A stretch of DNA of 53,437 nt, the filler included, from Sphacelaria rigidula (taxonomy: Eukaryota), in the NCBI GenBank assembly GCA_964200075.2. It is 4 parts of 4 records of this genome, joined end to end, with 100 filler letters (N's around TTAATTAATTAA, not from the genome) between each part and the next. Parts side by side here need not be neighbours in the genome. Positions count along the whole stretch, not along the records: positions 13,386 to 26,669 come from CAXNAA020002993.1; positions 26,770 to 40,053 come from CAXNAA020002994.1; 2 more parts are not named here. The stretch is one strand, 5' to 3'. Shown piece after piece: positions 24,449-36,040 of the stretch. Made by a program: the position numbers and the translations under genes. Numbering within the stretch: the stretch's first letter is position 1; each line of letters opens with the position of its first letter. The notes beneath the pieces were generated by a model. The model searched no databases and was not told the origin of the DNA. It saw nothing but the letters and a program-made list of their open reading frames with translations.

Positions 24449-25600
24449 TACAGTATTTTTTTGGCGTTGTTTGTTTGCCATGAGAACTGTAGACACGGAG
24501 GAGTCACGGCCTCGCTGACGACAGTATGCGTGTGTTTGCACTCTACGCTTTGGGCAGCAACCTCGCGCGCCACCGCAGCTATAACGACATGCACATGTTT
24601 GAACTATCTTCTCTGCTGACGGGCAACGCTGTTGTTTCCATGAAAGAGTGTGGGAGAATATATGTACGACAACGAACACTCCTCAACGCGGCGCAGTTGC
24701 AGCTGGCTTATTTTGGATATCGCCTCTCTTTGTATACTCCGGAGTATCTGACACGCTTTTCCACCGCATCTCATGTGTCCCAACACCCCCCGCCGAGATG
24801 GCAATATCTCAACACAGACAGCAGCTGCAGAGACAAATCAAATTGCTATGTGTAGCTATAATAAGACTCATAGCTATCAGCCCTCCACGTTGCGGCTGCG
24901 CATACCCTTGCCGTAACGACAAGTGCGTATAGTGAGGTTCATATTTTGCAATTTACGCACGATCCCGCAAACTAATTGGTGCAAATTTGATGTTCAACGA
25001 TGTCTATTAGCAATTACTACCTGCTTCTTAAGTTTCAGCTACCCGCCGTTCGTGCAGCGCAAGTTATCTGCGATCGCGTGTAAGTAGACCATATTGAAAA
25101 ATGGCCTTTGGGCTTGTACATATTTCCGTGGCTTTTTTCCCGGTCATCCAAGGGTCTGTCGAGCGATTTTTTTCGGACACGTAGGCCACCCCCCCTCCTT
25201 CCCGGAGGGCATTTTTTCGAAATTGTCCTGATATTTTCGATTTTTTTTGTCGAGTTTCTCGCAAGGAATTGATCAATAAACACCGTTTTGATTATGTCGG
25301 TTAATTTTGTTACAAGAAATTGATCAATAAACAAACGCTGATAAAAACGGAAAAGTCTGGTGGGCTTTGTGGGGTTCGTGTATCTGCTTCTGCTCCTTGC
25401 CCATTCTGTCCCGATGACCTCAGATGCCGGAGGGCAATTTTCCGACAATTACAATTATCCTGTTTTTTAATTTTTCTTCTGTTAACTTTGGTGCAAGAAA
25501 TTAATCAATGAACATTGATAAAATCCGAAGAGTTTGATGGGCTTTGCGGGGTATATGTTTGCTTCTGCTCCTTTACATATTTACTGAAATATTTGACTAA

Positions 25601-25839
25601 TGCCGAGATAGCCCCCCCACAAAAAGTGCACGGGAGACCGTCCGACGAACCGGCTGCGATCCCACTGTTGGGCTCGTTTGCGGCAATTTCTCCCACATTA
25701 GAGACGTGTACCAGTCCGAAATCAGCTATAACGCCCAAATGAGTCGCGTCGTGCACCATGAAACCAGCTCTAATGGCATTTTATGTTCATCGCCTCCGTG
25801 CACTTTTTTGGCCGGCTCGGGGGGGAGGCTATCTCGGCA
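25601..25839. mobile_element. MITE related to 8863-9125
   Basis: tgccgagatagccccccc..aaaaagtgcacgg ... ccgtgcactttttt..ggggggaggctatctcggca. Confidence 0.75.
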
Positions 25840-26385
25840 GCAGTTTCTGGTGCTCTCTTCTCGTACCCCTCCCAATGTCCCATCCCACCGCCCCGTACCC
25901 TGTGACCGACAAACCTACGTGAGGCAAGGGGATCTGTGGACAAACAAGTGAATGGAAGGAGAATACTGTAGCTTCGTATGCTCTCATATGCCCTTTATTG
26001 TTTGTAATTTCGCTTGACTTTCGCTCCGCTATTGTTTTGCCTGTGTACGGTCTTCCTCACCTGAAGCCACGCGCAGCAGGGCCCTGTCGTGCATTTCTTG
26101 CCGGATTGGCACGACGGTACAGTTAATCCTAGCCTTTAAATTTTCTTAGACTCCTCTTGATTATTTCCCTTCTCAATTCAGTCTCTCTTTTTCTTTTGTG
26201 TTTCATATTTTCTCTTCCCCGGGTCATCCTTGAGCTTTATTTTTTGTCATTCACGACGGAAACGTGTATCTCATGGCTACCGCTGATATCATGGCGGACC
26301 AGTTGATGTACGACAATTCATCATTCGCTCACACCCAACTTATGTTGTCACGGCATGCTTTTCAGGTGATCACGAAGGCACGGAC

Positions 26386-26520
26386 CTCGCTGCCGTTGAA
26401 CGTGAGCATGACGTCACCGAGAGCCACCTGTACGGTGGTTCGGTCGACGACGACCAAGCCGAGCTCCTTATCCACGATAGCGCCGACCCCGAGACAGTAA
26501 CTGCTCGAGACGCCATCAAC
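26386..26520 (-). CDS. Internal exon of a Deg7/Nma111-like HtrA serine protease (second protease-like domain)
   Basis: cag|VDGVSSSYCLGVGAIVDKELGLVVVDRTTVQVALGDVMLTFNGSE|gt, 135 nt, phase 0-0. Resembles the DGV....GxGxI....GLxVVDxxTV....DVMLxF segment of Deg7/Nma111. An upstream donor gtgag lies at 26664. Confidence 0.8.
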
Positions 26521-26669
26521 CTGCCGTCGTCGAACGGACGCAAAATAAAAAAAGAAGGATGATTCGCTTATCGACATCCACATGACACTTACTATAGGCT
26601 GTCATCCGAATGCAAGATAATCAGCAGGCTTCGGGCCGAACAATCTTAGCAGGATGCAGCTCACCCTTC

Positions 26670-26769
26670 NNNNNNNNNNNNNNNNNNNNNNNNNNNNNNN
26701 NNNNNNNNNNNNNTTAATTAATTAANNNNNNNNNNNNNNNNNNNNNNNNNNNNNNNNNNNNNNNNNNNN
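26670..26769. other. Artificial contig-joining linker
   Basis: N44-TTAATTAATTAA-N44. Confidence 0.99.
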
Positions 26770-27664
26770 CATATCTACGCCTGTCGAGAAACAGCGGCTG
26801 ACTTGTCTGCAGCAACGACTTCCTCCTGTGTAGCCACGTCTTCTTCACATTTTTTTACCTCCTTCCTCTTGATGTAAACGTATGATTTGTCTCTTCTCAC
26901 CACTTTTGGAGCAGTGCCAGGAGGCGCTACTGTTTTCCTACCTCTCTTGCGGGGCATAGCTGTGGGGCACGCTGTGATCTCGAGACCCCCACTTCAGTTG
27001 GGCATATCTCGAGCGCATTTTGAAGTTTTGAAAAACGGTTTCGAGAGCTCCCTCGGTCATATTCCAAGCTTTTCATTGACATGTCGTTTGTGTGTTCCTT
27101 CAGGGATGTGGGGACGGTGTTCCTCCCCCCGTACAAAAAACAGTGCTATCGTAATCAACATGACCTCTTGATGCTGTACAATACGCCTGAGGACGAGACC
27201 ACCATCATTGGAAAGCCACAGTTGCCAGCTCTTGTGCGGTGTGCCCAATTCATATCACTGAACATGTCCTCCCGTTGGTTTGGTCTAAAAACTGCAGATT
27301 AGAATATCGTGGTAACTGGTATGCATTAAATTATCAGTCACATGATTGATTCTTGAATTCTTGTCTTCGCGCATTTTTTGTCCCTACTAACAATGTTCCC
27401 CCGTAATACAGAACTAAGGTCGTGAGTCTTGAAGGGTGAGGATGGGACACGCAACGGGGATCCAACGACGCGCAACTCGCACCGTGAAAGTGCCACACAT
27501 GTACTTATCGCATCATCATCACTATCATCATCGCTCACATGTATACAGATTGGTATAATTAAGTAACAAATGGGCACGATGTCCTTCCCCTTAATGCCAG
27601 AAAAAAACAAATGAATGCAACATTACTAGTACCATCATAACAACTGGAGAACGGCATACTACAC

Positions 27665-27893
27665 CTGGTGGTCAGGCCGTAGGGCTCCACAAAGGTTGGG
27701 AGTCGAAGTGTCATCATGTCAAGGAGTTCCGGGGTGGTGCCGAGATGCACGAACGTCGCGCCTCGCAACAACATAGCGCCCAATGGAAAGCCGGAAAGTG
27801 CGTCCCAGATGTCTAGCCTAGCTTTGAAGAGGGGCTCATCTGGCGAAACGGCCGCTCCGCAGGCTGCTATGTAGGCCTCGAAACCTCCAGTAC
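27665..27893 (-). CDS. FKGP: L-fucokinase/GDP-L-fucose pyrophosphorylase family gene, exon D
   Basis: ctcag|..TGGFEAYIAAC...ARLDIWDALSGFPLGAMLLRGATFVHLGTTPELL..|gt. Contains the FxHxGTTxE motif. Phase matches exon 35155-35447. Confidence 0.88.
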
Positions 27894-28894
27894 CTGAGAT
27901 TATAAAAGCGAAGTGTCGGTGAGAAGGATGATACCTAGCTGCGCCGCTGCTGCCGTGATCCGCTTGAGGCCAATCGCCTTAAACAACCGCATCATCGACG
28001 TCCACACGGGGCGATTGTCTCCGTATTTGTTCTACCCCAACACCGCCAAAAATAACGTCCACCCCATGCATGAATCCTGCAATCCGCAATATTCCCCTTG
28101 ATAAATGACCGCCAGCCAAGTTGTTCATGTGCACGTGCTCAAATGGTTGAAGCGCAGTAAACAACGCGAGGGAAAAATTTGAGCAGCGAACGCGCTGCAA
28201 AACAACGGGTTACTCTGTACAGGATTCTACATCGTCGTACACACACACAGGATGCTTCCCCACACAGGAACACTGGAAGCCGCCTTATGATGATGACTTT
28301 GTCACAAGGAGCTGTGAGATTCAATCGCAGCCTCGGTTTTTCCGGAGGATTACTTCATTTTCACTCAGCATGTACTGGTATACATTTACGGGTTTGCGTC
28401 GCCAACAGACCCATGGAATACTTTCGGCTTCGGGGGGATTCAAAGTAGGGATAGAAGGTGAATGAAATGATAAGATGATACATAGCACCTCTGATATTAA
28501 TGTCACCTCGGAGTGAGGAGTAAGGAATTGCGTGCTCTCCTGTGGGAGGGGGTTCCTGCGCACCTTGTTGATTTTTGGTGAACATAGTCTGAGTAATGCG
28601 TCAGCGCAAAAGAAAAATATAGCAAACATTACAGTTGGCGGAAAGTGACCCCCCACAACGGTCACTTCTCCCCCATGCTGCATGGTTTGCGCGATTCACT
28701 TTGCTTTCCGTGCAAAACCCAAATTTTGCGCACCAAAACTCGTCAAAGTATGCCAGAATCTTCTCACGCAGTAGAGCAAGTCAGTCCTCCTCCTACGATG
28801 ACATTATCCGCCTGGCCGTCCGTTCTTTCACGCGAAAAACGCTACCGAAAGGCCAAGGCAAGCACCCTGGAGCGAAAACGTTTTCGTTTTCATA

Positions 28895-29200
28895 CTAAGT
28901 GGTCCCCTTCGGGAGGTTGGTACGGGCCTCCCGGGGTAGACGCAGGTTGAAAATATTTGGGTAAGATAGGCTGTTGTATCTCAATGTACAGTAGTGATCG
29001 TGGCTGTACAAAATATCGCATGTCTTTTCGGATGGTAGCTCCGGATAAGGTTCACCAACTTGAGTAACACGGATGGAAGATTGTACACTTGTTGGGCGGC
29101 AATAATGTCGACATGTGCCGCATATGCGTAGCTGCTCATCAGCTGTGCACGTTGTGCGTGACGTTGCTCAAATCTGTTTAGAATTCATTGAGAAATGATG
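28895..29200 (-). mobile_element. Helitron-like 3' end with OTU protease remnant, copy 1
   Basis: LMSSYAYAAHVDIIAAQQVYNL/IRVTQVG...CDILYSHDHYCTL, then hairpin CGGGAGG-N10-CCTCCCG and terminus CTTAG|T. The 5' boundary is undefined. Confidence 0.7.
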
Positions 29201-29421
29201 ATTTGTGTGAGGCCGCTTCTCATGGAGTGACAAAAGTCTCTTGAGATAAGTCATTCCGGAACACTTTTCTCACAGACATTTCAGTGAAATCAGATTTCAA
29301 AACCCCACCTTTTAGTCTGTAGAAAATCCTGGGGTTTGTACACCCGAGGCCATCATCAAGCCTGCGCACAGACGGTGGTATATATAGTGATATAGTGATA
29401 TAGTGGTGATCAATGGCATTT

Positions 29422-29640
29422 TTGTGATCGTCCTACCTGCGGTGAGCTAATATGTAGATAATCCCGTCGAGGTACAGGATAGATGGGATTGTGACACAAA
29501 CACAGACACACACAGATACACACACACATTGTGTGATCGTCCCACCTGCGGTGAACTAATACCCAGATAATCCGGTCGAGGTACAGGATAGATGGAATTG
29601 TAACACAAACACGTACACACACACACACGCACGCACGCAC
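29422..29640 (+). repeat. Two tandem units of about 110 bp, each ending in a CA-rich tail (retroposon 3'-end-like)
   Basis: tgtgatcgtcc.acctgcggtga.ctaata...gtcgaggtacaggatagatgg.attgt.acacaaacac occurs twice. Confidence 0.8.
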
Positions 29641-32123
29641 TGTAGCTACAGGTATCAAAGGGGTCGAACTGACAGGCGTATCAACCCTCACTTCAACCGA
29701 CCGCCGCTTGGTACAGTAGTAGTGTCGCAAGCGGTGCAGTGTGTGCAGCATACGGTTTGTGCCATACCGCACACAACAAACTCACGTGACAGTCAGTAGT
29801 GCGGTAGCAACTGTCGAAGTATACAGAATACTACAGAGTTCGCAATCAGTGGCGCGCACGACGAGCATGACACGATATGAGGAGTCAACGCAGCCAGCAT
29901 GAGCGACATCGTGCTATTTAATGGTGGTACCGCTGCCGGCGAGAAAGCACTGTACTGCCTGTACTCTCTGTCCCTGGCCCTACGGTCATCAAGAGGATGC
30001 ACGGTGTGCTGCAGCAGCGATGCTGTTGCCACGGTGCTGTACATACAACGTGTACGGCTACTTTTGCCCTGACTGTAATACACTTACTTGTAGGCAAGGA
30101 GTGTGTGATGGAGCACTGACTGTACCATCGCGGGTGCGGTGTGCAAGGAGTGTGTGATAGAACGTCAACTCCCAGACAGAGGAACGTCTCTCGGAATCGA
30201 TGACTTTTCCCGGAGAGATTTGGAAAAATCCCGCTGTCTGATAATTCATCAGTTCCAGCGATTTACTCCTCTCATGAATGTGGAATATTTGTTATATCGA
30301 ATGTGACACAACGCAAATCCAAGCCAGACCGTAAAACACGCGCATTTGTGCATGTGTCCATCTCTGCTATCCCATTCCCTACTACACGCCTCTTCTAGTT
30401 TCCTCTGAAATCGTGCCGTACGCAATGCCCGAAGCCTGTCCCTCCCGGTCCGACTACGGTATTTATGTATTATTTACCCCGATCGTGATTACACGATGTG
30501 ATCCAAACAATATCAATACCCGTGACTGACCTATTTGCTTGCATCGACCGTTCCACAATTGCCCTCATATTTGATTAGCTTACATTGTTCACATTCGTAC
30601 CCGTTCCACAAACCTCAGATCCCGCTACGCTCCGATCTTTCACCTTTTTTCATGGAAAATGGCCCTACGAGTACAGTATAAAGGCCGGATGTTTATGGCA
30701 AACAGATTTGTGGCCCACGGATTGTTCACTTTTGGGACGTTTGATCCACGTTTTGACCCCAAACAGGGAAAATCGCCACAGACTTTTTTGCACACACATC
30801 TTTGTTCAGCGGCCACTCTCGAAACCTTGGGACCAAGCGAATCTGAAAAGTGGGCTAGACTCCTCTGTGGGGTGATACAAAGTGTGTAAAACAATCGTCT
30901 TCGATCGAAAACATGTGGTCGAAAGGCACGAAGCGGGGCTTCACTCCTATCTTACAGACCACCACGCCAGAGAACACCCTGTTCATAGGACCATGCAAAC
31001 TCCATCCAAGTCATTCTCAGCTACCACCACAACCCTGCAGCATGGAGCACGAGTTGAGCACAGGGATACATACGCTGCTGCAGTGGTCGGGTGTGCTTTG
31101 TTTATTTTCTCTTGGCGAAAGCTTGCGCATCCTCTCTCATGATAGAGATCAGCGACGGAACTGCGTGGTAGAGTAGGCAATCGAGTTGCGTGCGCGCTCA
31201 TGGACAGTGCAGGCAGTACAAAGCTGCATGTTGCTGAAGTCCTCTTCACGTCGCATTGTCAGCAAAGTGAACTGATAGTCCTTGGGTGTTTGCACTGCAC
31301 GTTGCCCGCTTGTCCTTTATATCCTCCTGCACGAAACACGCACACACGCTCTCACGACACCCTGTTTGCAAGCAGTGCAGGCAGTACGGACTGTCTGTAC
31401 TGTACACAAGTGGCCATGTATGTACCGTTTCACAAATTTCACTGATATAGTACAACCGAGGTGGAGTTTGTGGTGCTGCCAAATAGTGCCGTCTAGGTAG
31501 CTAGCTACCTAGCCGTATATTCCGCTCGGGTGCGGTAGTCGTTAGTGAACGTGCATGTAATTGTTTTTGTCTTCGGGGAGAAACCCTCCGAACCCTCCGA
31601 ACACATGGTTACCGACTTATTGTACTGCACGGTCTCGTTTCGAAAATGGATGGAGTAGAAACCCCCGAGCCCTCCAACCCCATGGTTGCGGACTTTTTGA
31701 ATTGTACGGTCTTGTTTCGAAAGCAAATAGTACAGTCTGTGGTGTTGCCAGACGATGTTGCCTAGCTAGCTGCCTAGCTAGCTGCCTACCTACCTAGCCA
31801 TATCCCGCAGACGGTCGACGAGAGAAAGGCAGTGCTGATCCCCTGTCACGATAAAAATAAAAAGGCAACCACCATATAGAGGTGCGGCTCCAAATGGAGG
31901 ACATTGTAGTTCACCTGCTTACAGTGATATTTGTTTCACTAGAGTCAAGTTCTTATGCTGTCATCATTGCACGGTAGGTGTAGCCCTGTGTGCAGGACTA
32001 TGTCTCTAATACAGCAGCTGCATGCAGTCAGTCTCTAATGCAGCAGCTGCATGCAGGACTTCTTCAAAATACTCTAGCTGCCAAGGTACACAGACAGCTC
32101 TCAAAGTTTTCAATGGATGCAGT

Positions 32124-32388
32124 GCCGGTCGCCCCCGTCGCTCACTTGGTAACCTCGAAATCTTCTGAATGTTGGGTCATGGTTTCAAATCTCGGAGCAA
32201 TCTGGGAATTTTTCTCATACCATGCTCAACAGTGGAGAACGACTATGTCGTGGGTACACAAAGGGGAGATGAAGCACTAAATACAAATAAACAAACAAAA
32301 AACTGATGTATTGACCTTCCTTCTGTGTGACCACGGCTGGTGCGCGTACGTATACCGAAAGATATAGACTGGCGCCCAGAAGAAATGG
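32124..32388 (+). mobile_element. tRNA-derived SINE, copy B (internally deleted)
   Basis: gccggtcgcccccgtcgctcacttggtaacctcgaaa...ggtttcaaatctcgg; body matches the other copies. Confidence 0.8.
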
Positions 32389-32799
32389 CACGCTACAATC
32401 ACAACAATGCAATCTGGCCGACATCTGAGGAATTTTCCTCGTGGTCAGCAGTTTCCAATGGACAGGACCCGTGAGGCCTCAACGTAGAACAATAAAGGCT
32501 GTTCGGTTTGCATGAATGTACGATTTAACCCTTGGACCGCGGCGCCGGTACTCCATCTCAATCACGCACACTCTCTTCAAGTGAATATTGATGCCGATTC
32601 AGCAGGTGACCTGCCCTTGCGGTCGAAGGATGAACACCGATATCCTCTTTCAACTTATTCTCACTATTGTTCTTCAACATGATTTTGTGGACTGTTGAGT
32701 TTGCACAACGAGGACCCACATGACCTAGATATGGCGGTATTAGACGCTTCATGTCAAAACTAAAGAGTAAGGGATTTCAGATGTTCCGACTTGTGCTTG

Positions 32800-33101
32800 G
32801 GGTGAAGAAATGCCCCGCCATGAACACGCTACTTTGGTTCGGGTTCTCCTTGTTGAGAGTTTTTCACGAACTAGAGGAGGCTTTTGTGATTCGGGATCGA
32901 CACCCCGCGAAAAAGAGCCAGTGTAGGCGACTTTCGATGGCCAGAACACGCGCCACAGGTATCAGATGACACCCAAACCTGAAGTGTAATATACCGTTGA
33001 CCCTTCTTCGTGCGCTGAAAAAAAAAGCGCGGGCTAAGATGGCTTGCAGCCAGAAACAACTCGACAAAAGTGGTGGAAAATGCGAAATGATACACGTACA
33101 T
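32800..33101. repeat. Repeat C of about 300 bp, copy 1
   Basis: Colinear with 34800-35098; both end gataca(c/t)gtacata. Confidence 0.85.
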
Positions 33102-33102
33102 A

Positions 33103-34033
33103 CAAGGTTCTCCTTCGGGAGGTTGGTACGGGCCTCCCGGGGGCGACGCAAGTCGCAAAAAAATGATCAAGAGAGGCTGTGGTCCCGGACAAGGATCACC
33201 AACATGAATAACACGGATGTTAATGTTGTACAATTGTTGGGCAGCGACAATTTCGACATGAGTGGCATATGCGTAAGGATGCGACATGAGGTGAAGGTAA
33301 TGCTGAACGCCATTGTATGTTTGGTCGACAGAGCCTGTAAACGAGCGATGACCGGCGCGTGAACTGTTTGTGTTTGCTGAGGAGCGTTTGTTGCGAGCCA
33401 TTACGTTGAATAAATCACGTATATCACGGACGAGAACAGACAACGACCAGGTTGTTTTCTCGGGAAGAGAGGTGAAATGTCTTAGTGGCTGGCAGGGGTA
33501 AGCGCAAGCAATCACGTTGTTCGGAAAAATAGGATCTCGAGATCACGTCGGCTTTATCGCCAGCGGTAAACATGTGTGATATTTTCGACGTGCGAGAGTG
33601 ATGGGTACTTCTCGAGCTACACGAGAGCAACGTACTGGAATATTTAAATGCGTAGAACATCCCGATGGACACATCGGAAAAATATAAATTTGGGTTAGCG
33701 AACCCACTGCGTTTGCTGAGGAGTGGTTGCCGAGAGCTATTACGTTGACTAAATCACACATATCAACGACCATAATAGACTACGACCAGGTTGCTTTGTC
33801 AGGAAGAGAAGTGGAATGTACTGGTGGGTGGCAGAGGTGAGCGTGGGCAATACACGTCGGTTTTATATATGGGATTTCAGACCGATCACGTCGGCTGAAT
33901 CGCCAGCGTTGAAAATGTGTGATATTTCCGACGTGCCAGAGTGATGAGTACATCTCGTGCCACACGAGAGCAACTTACCGAAATACTTGAACGCGTGGAA
34001 GATTCGGATGAACTGTTCGGGAGAATGTAAATA
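33103..34033 (-). mobile_element. Helitron-like element with OTU remnant and two tandem coding-like repeats of about 340 bp, copy 2
   Basis: YLHLMSHPYAYATHVEIVAAQQLYNINIRVIH (OTU-like). Same terminal hairpin (33116-33139) and terminus CTTG|T. Tandem units at about 33370-33710 and 33710-34033. Confidence 0.7.
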
Positions 34034-34060
34034 AGCACCAAGCCCGACGGCTAGACAGTG

Positions 34061-34648
34061 TTTTCGTGAGCTTGAGAGTAGATACTACACAGTGAGAGCG
34101 TAGGGCGGTCAATCAGTGTATGATTTATTTCAGTTCCTAAATGCACTTCCATGACGCACTATATGCGATCTGTAGTAGCATGCCACTTAGGCCCTTCATA
34201 TTCCTCAGTATGATATCGATGTGTCGCTGAAAGCAAACGCCAGTGATTTATATTAATAGCACGGTAGGTGCAGCTCTGTATACAGGACCATCTCTACCTC
34301 ACCTGTTAATAGTCTTTCCATGATACAGGAAAGTGCATTCGTCTTACTGATCCATGTACAAAAGGTGTAGCTCTGCATGCAGGACTTTTATAAACCGTGG
34401 CGACCAAGGTACACAGACAGTTCAACAAAGTTTCCTGTGATGGGTTAGGGTTAGGGTTAGCGTTTTCGTGGGCTTGAGAGCAGATACTACACAGAGAGAG
34501 CGTAAGGCGGTTAATCAGTGACTGATTTATCTCAGTTCCTAAATGCACTTCCACGACGCACTATATGCTATCTGTAGTAGCTTTCCACTTAGGCCCTTCA
34601 TATCCCTCAATATGATATCGACGTGTCGCTGAAAGCAAACGCCAGTGA
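34061..34648. repeat. Direct duplication of about 187 bp (34061-34247 and 34463-34648)
   Basis: ttttcgtg.gcttgagag.agatactacacag ... gctgaaagcaaacgccagtgat occurs twice. Confidence 0.9.
34442..34460 (+). repeat. Interstitial telomeric-type repeat (GGGTTA)3
   Basis: gggttagggttagggttag at the duplication junction. Confidence 0.8.
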
Positions 34649-34799
34649 TAGGGGCAAAGAAGAGCACCCACGGAATGAATTTTTGGCCAAGTGAAAGGGA
34701 CTGATCAAAGCTACTCTCAATTGGCGCTCTACTCTCGATTTATACCAGTCTAGCCGACACCCGAGAATCTAAATCGATGACAATGCAAAGATAATCACA

Positions 34800-35098
34800 C
34801 GGTGAAGAGATACCCCGCCATGAACAGGCTTTTGTGGTTCCGGTTCCTCTTTTGAGTTTTGCACGATCTTGAGGAGGCTTTTGTGGTTCGGGATCGACAC
34901 CCCGCGAAATAGAGCCAGTGTGGGCAACTTTCGATGGCCAGAACACGCGCCACCGGTATCACATGAAACGTAAACCTCACAGGCAATGTACCGCTGCACC
35001 TTCTTCGCGCACTGCAAAACAAAGCGCGGTATAAGATGCCTTGCCGCCAGAGAAAACTCGGCAAAAGTGGCGAAAATTGCGACGTGATACATGTACAT
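34800..35098. repeat. Repeat C of about 300 bp, copy 2
   Basis: Colinear with 32800-33101. Confidence 0.85.
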
Positions 35099-35154
35099 AT
35101 ATCCAGCACCAAATCATTGGAAAAGCACAACCAACGGACTGTGGAGCCCCAAAC

Positions 35155-35447
35155 CTTCGTCTCCAGTAGCATCCGTCCTGAGCGCAAGGAGAAGGTCAGA
35201 GTATAACTCCAGTCTCAAAGCCGCGGCGCCCTCCTCCACCCCCCGAGATGTGCAACCCTTGAAAGGTTCCGAGCTGGCCATTCGCACAAGCGCAGCCGTC
35301 GCTTTCCCGGAGAACACGACCACACCCGTGTCGATTGCCACCTCAGGTTGCAGGGGATGAACGAGCTCACTTTGGACTTGGTGCTGGTGTGGGGGGAGAA
35401 ATGCACCTGCTTTCTCAGCCACTTCGACAGAAGGCTTCTGCAAGTAC
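35155..35447 (-). CDS. FKGP: L-fucokinase/GDP-L-fucose pyrophosphorylase family gene, exon C
   Basis: gacag|RYLQKPSVE...VAIDTGVVVF...LELYSDLLLAL..|gtttgg. LQKP, DTG and LYxD motifs. 293 nt with consistent phases. Confidence 0.92.
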
Positions 35448-35712
35448 CTGTCACAAAAAAGCCGACATAAAGAGTTGGGATTTTCGATGTATCGAAATAC
35501 ATCCTCTGCGTTGGATAACGACTCTGCTGATTTGAAGGTAAACCCCACTGCCAAGAAACATCAAGAACCATCTCGAAAACTGAAAATGCAGCTTCTGGGC
35601 GTCTTCGATCGCACAAGCATATCATACTGGCGACTATGAAAACTGTCAAGCACGTCGCCAACGCAGCCGTTTTGACTTGGTACCTCCACAGCCCGCCAGA
35701 ATAGCATCACAC

Positions 35713-36040
35713 CTGCTAACGCCCATCACGCCACACGTTTGATCCCCGTCCACCCCTGACCCATGCTTCCCCTCTTCTGCTAGACAGTACACCCCGTGAT
35801 TGGGAGCATATTTTCCAGCATCGGCCGCGATGGCTAATCCAGCCACACTGCCGCTCGCCCCCCCGGAGTTGGCCCCAGACCACAGCGACCAATCAGCAGA
35901 CGCGGCTACTGAAGTGGGGATGAGAAGCATGACATCACAGGCTGTGACTACCAGCGATCCTGGCGGAAGTTCTGCCCCAGCCGAGAAGAGTCTGAAAAGA
36001 TGGTCCAGCAGAAGGTCCATGGGAGTGTTGCAGCTTTCAT
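35713..36040 (-). CDS. FKGP: L-fucokinase/GDP-L-fucose pyrophosphorylase family gene, exon B
   Basis: aacag|DESCNTPMDLLL...LPPGSLVVTACDVMLL...GLAIAADAGKYAPNHGVYCL..|gtgtga. 328 nt. Confidence 0.92.

Noticed and set aside
25035-25600. Element with repeated ttgatcaataaac and gggctttg.gggg motifs
   Set aside because: It looks like subterminal repeats of a DNA transposon, but no partner end or second copy is visible to define it.
26775-27610. Further FKGP exons downstream of 27665
   Set aside because: I found no segment with suitable splice phase and recognisable FKGP similarity. The gene probably continues off the contig.
26386-27893. Protease exon adjacent to the fucose-salvage gene as a cluster or fusion
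   Set aside because: They are separated by an artificial linker and lie on different contigs.
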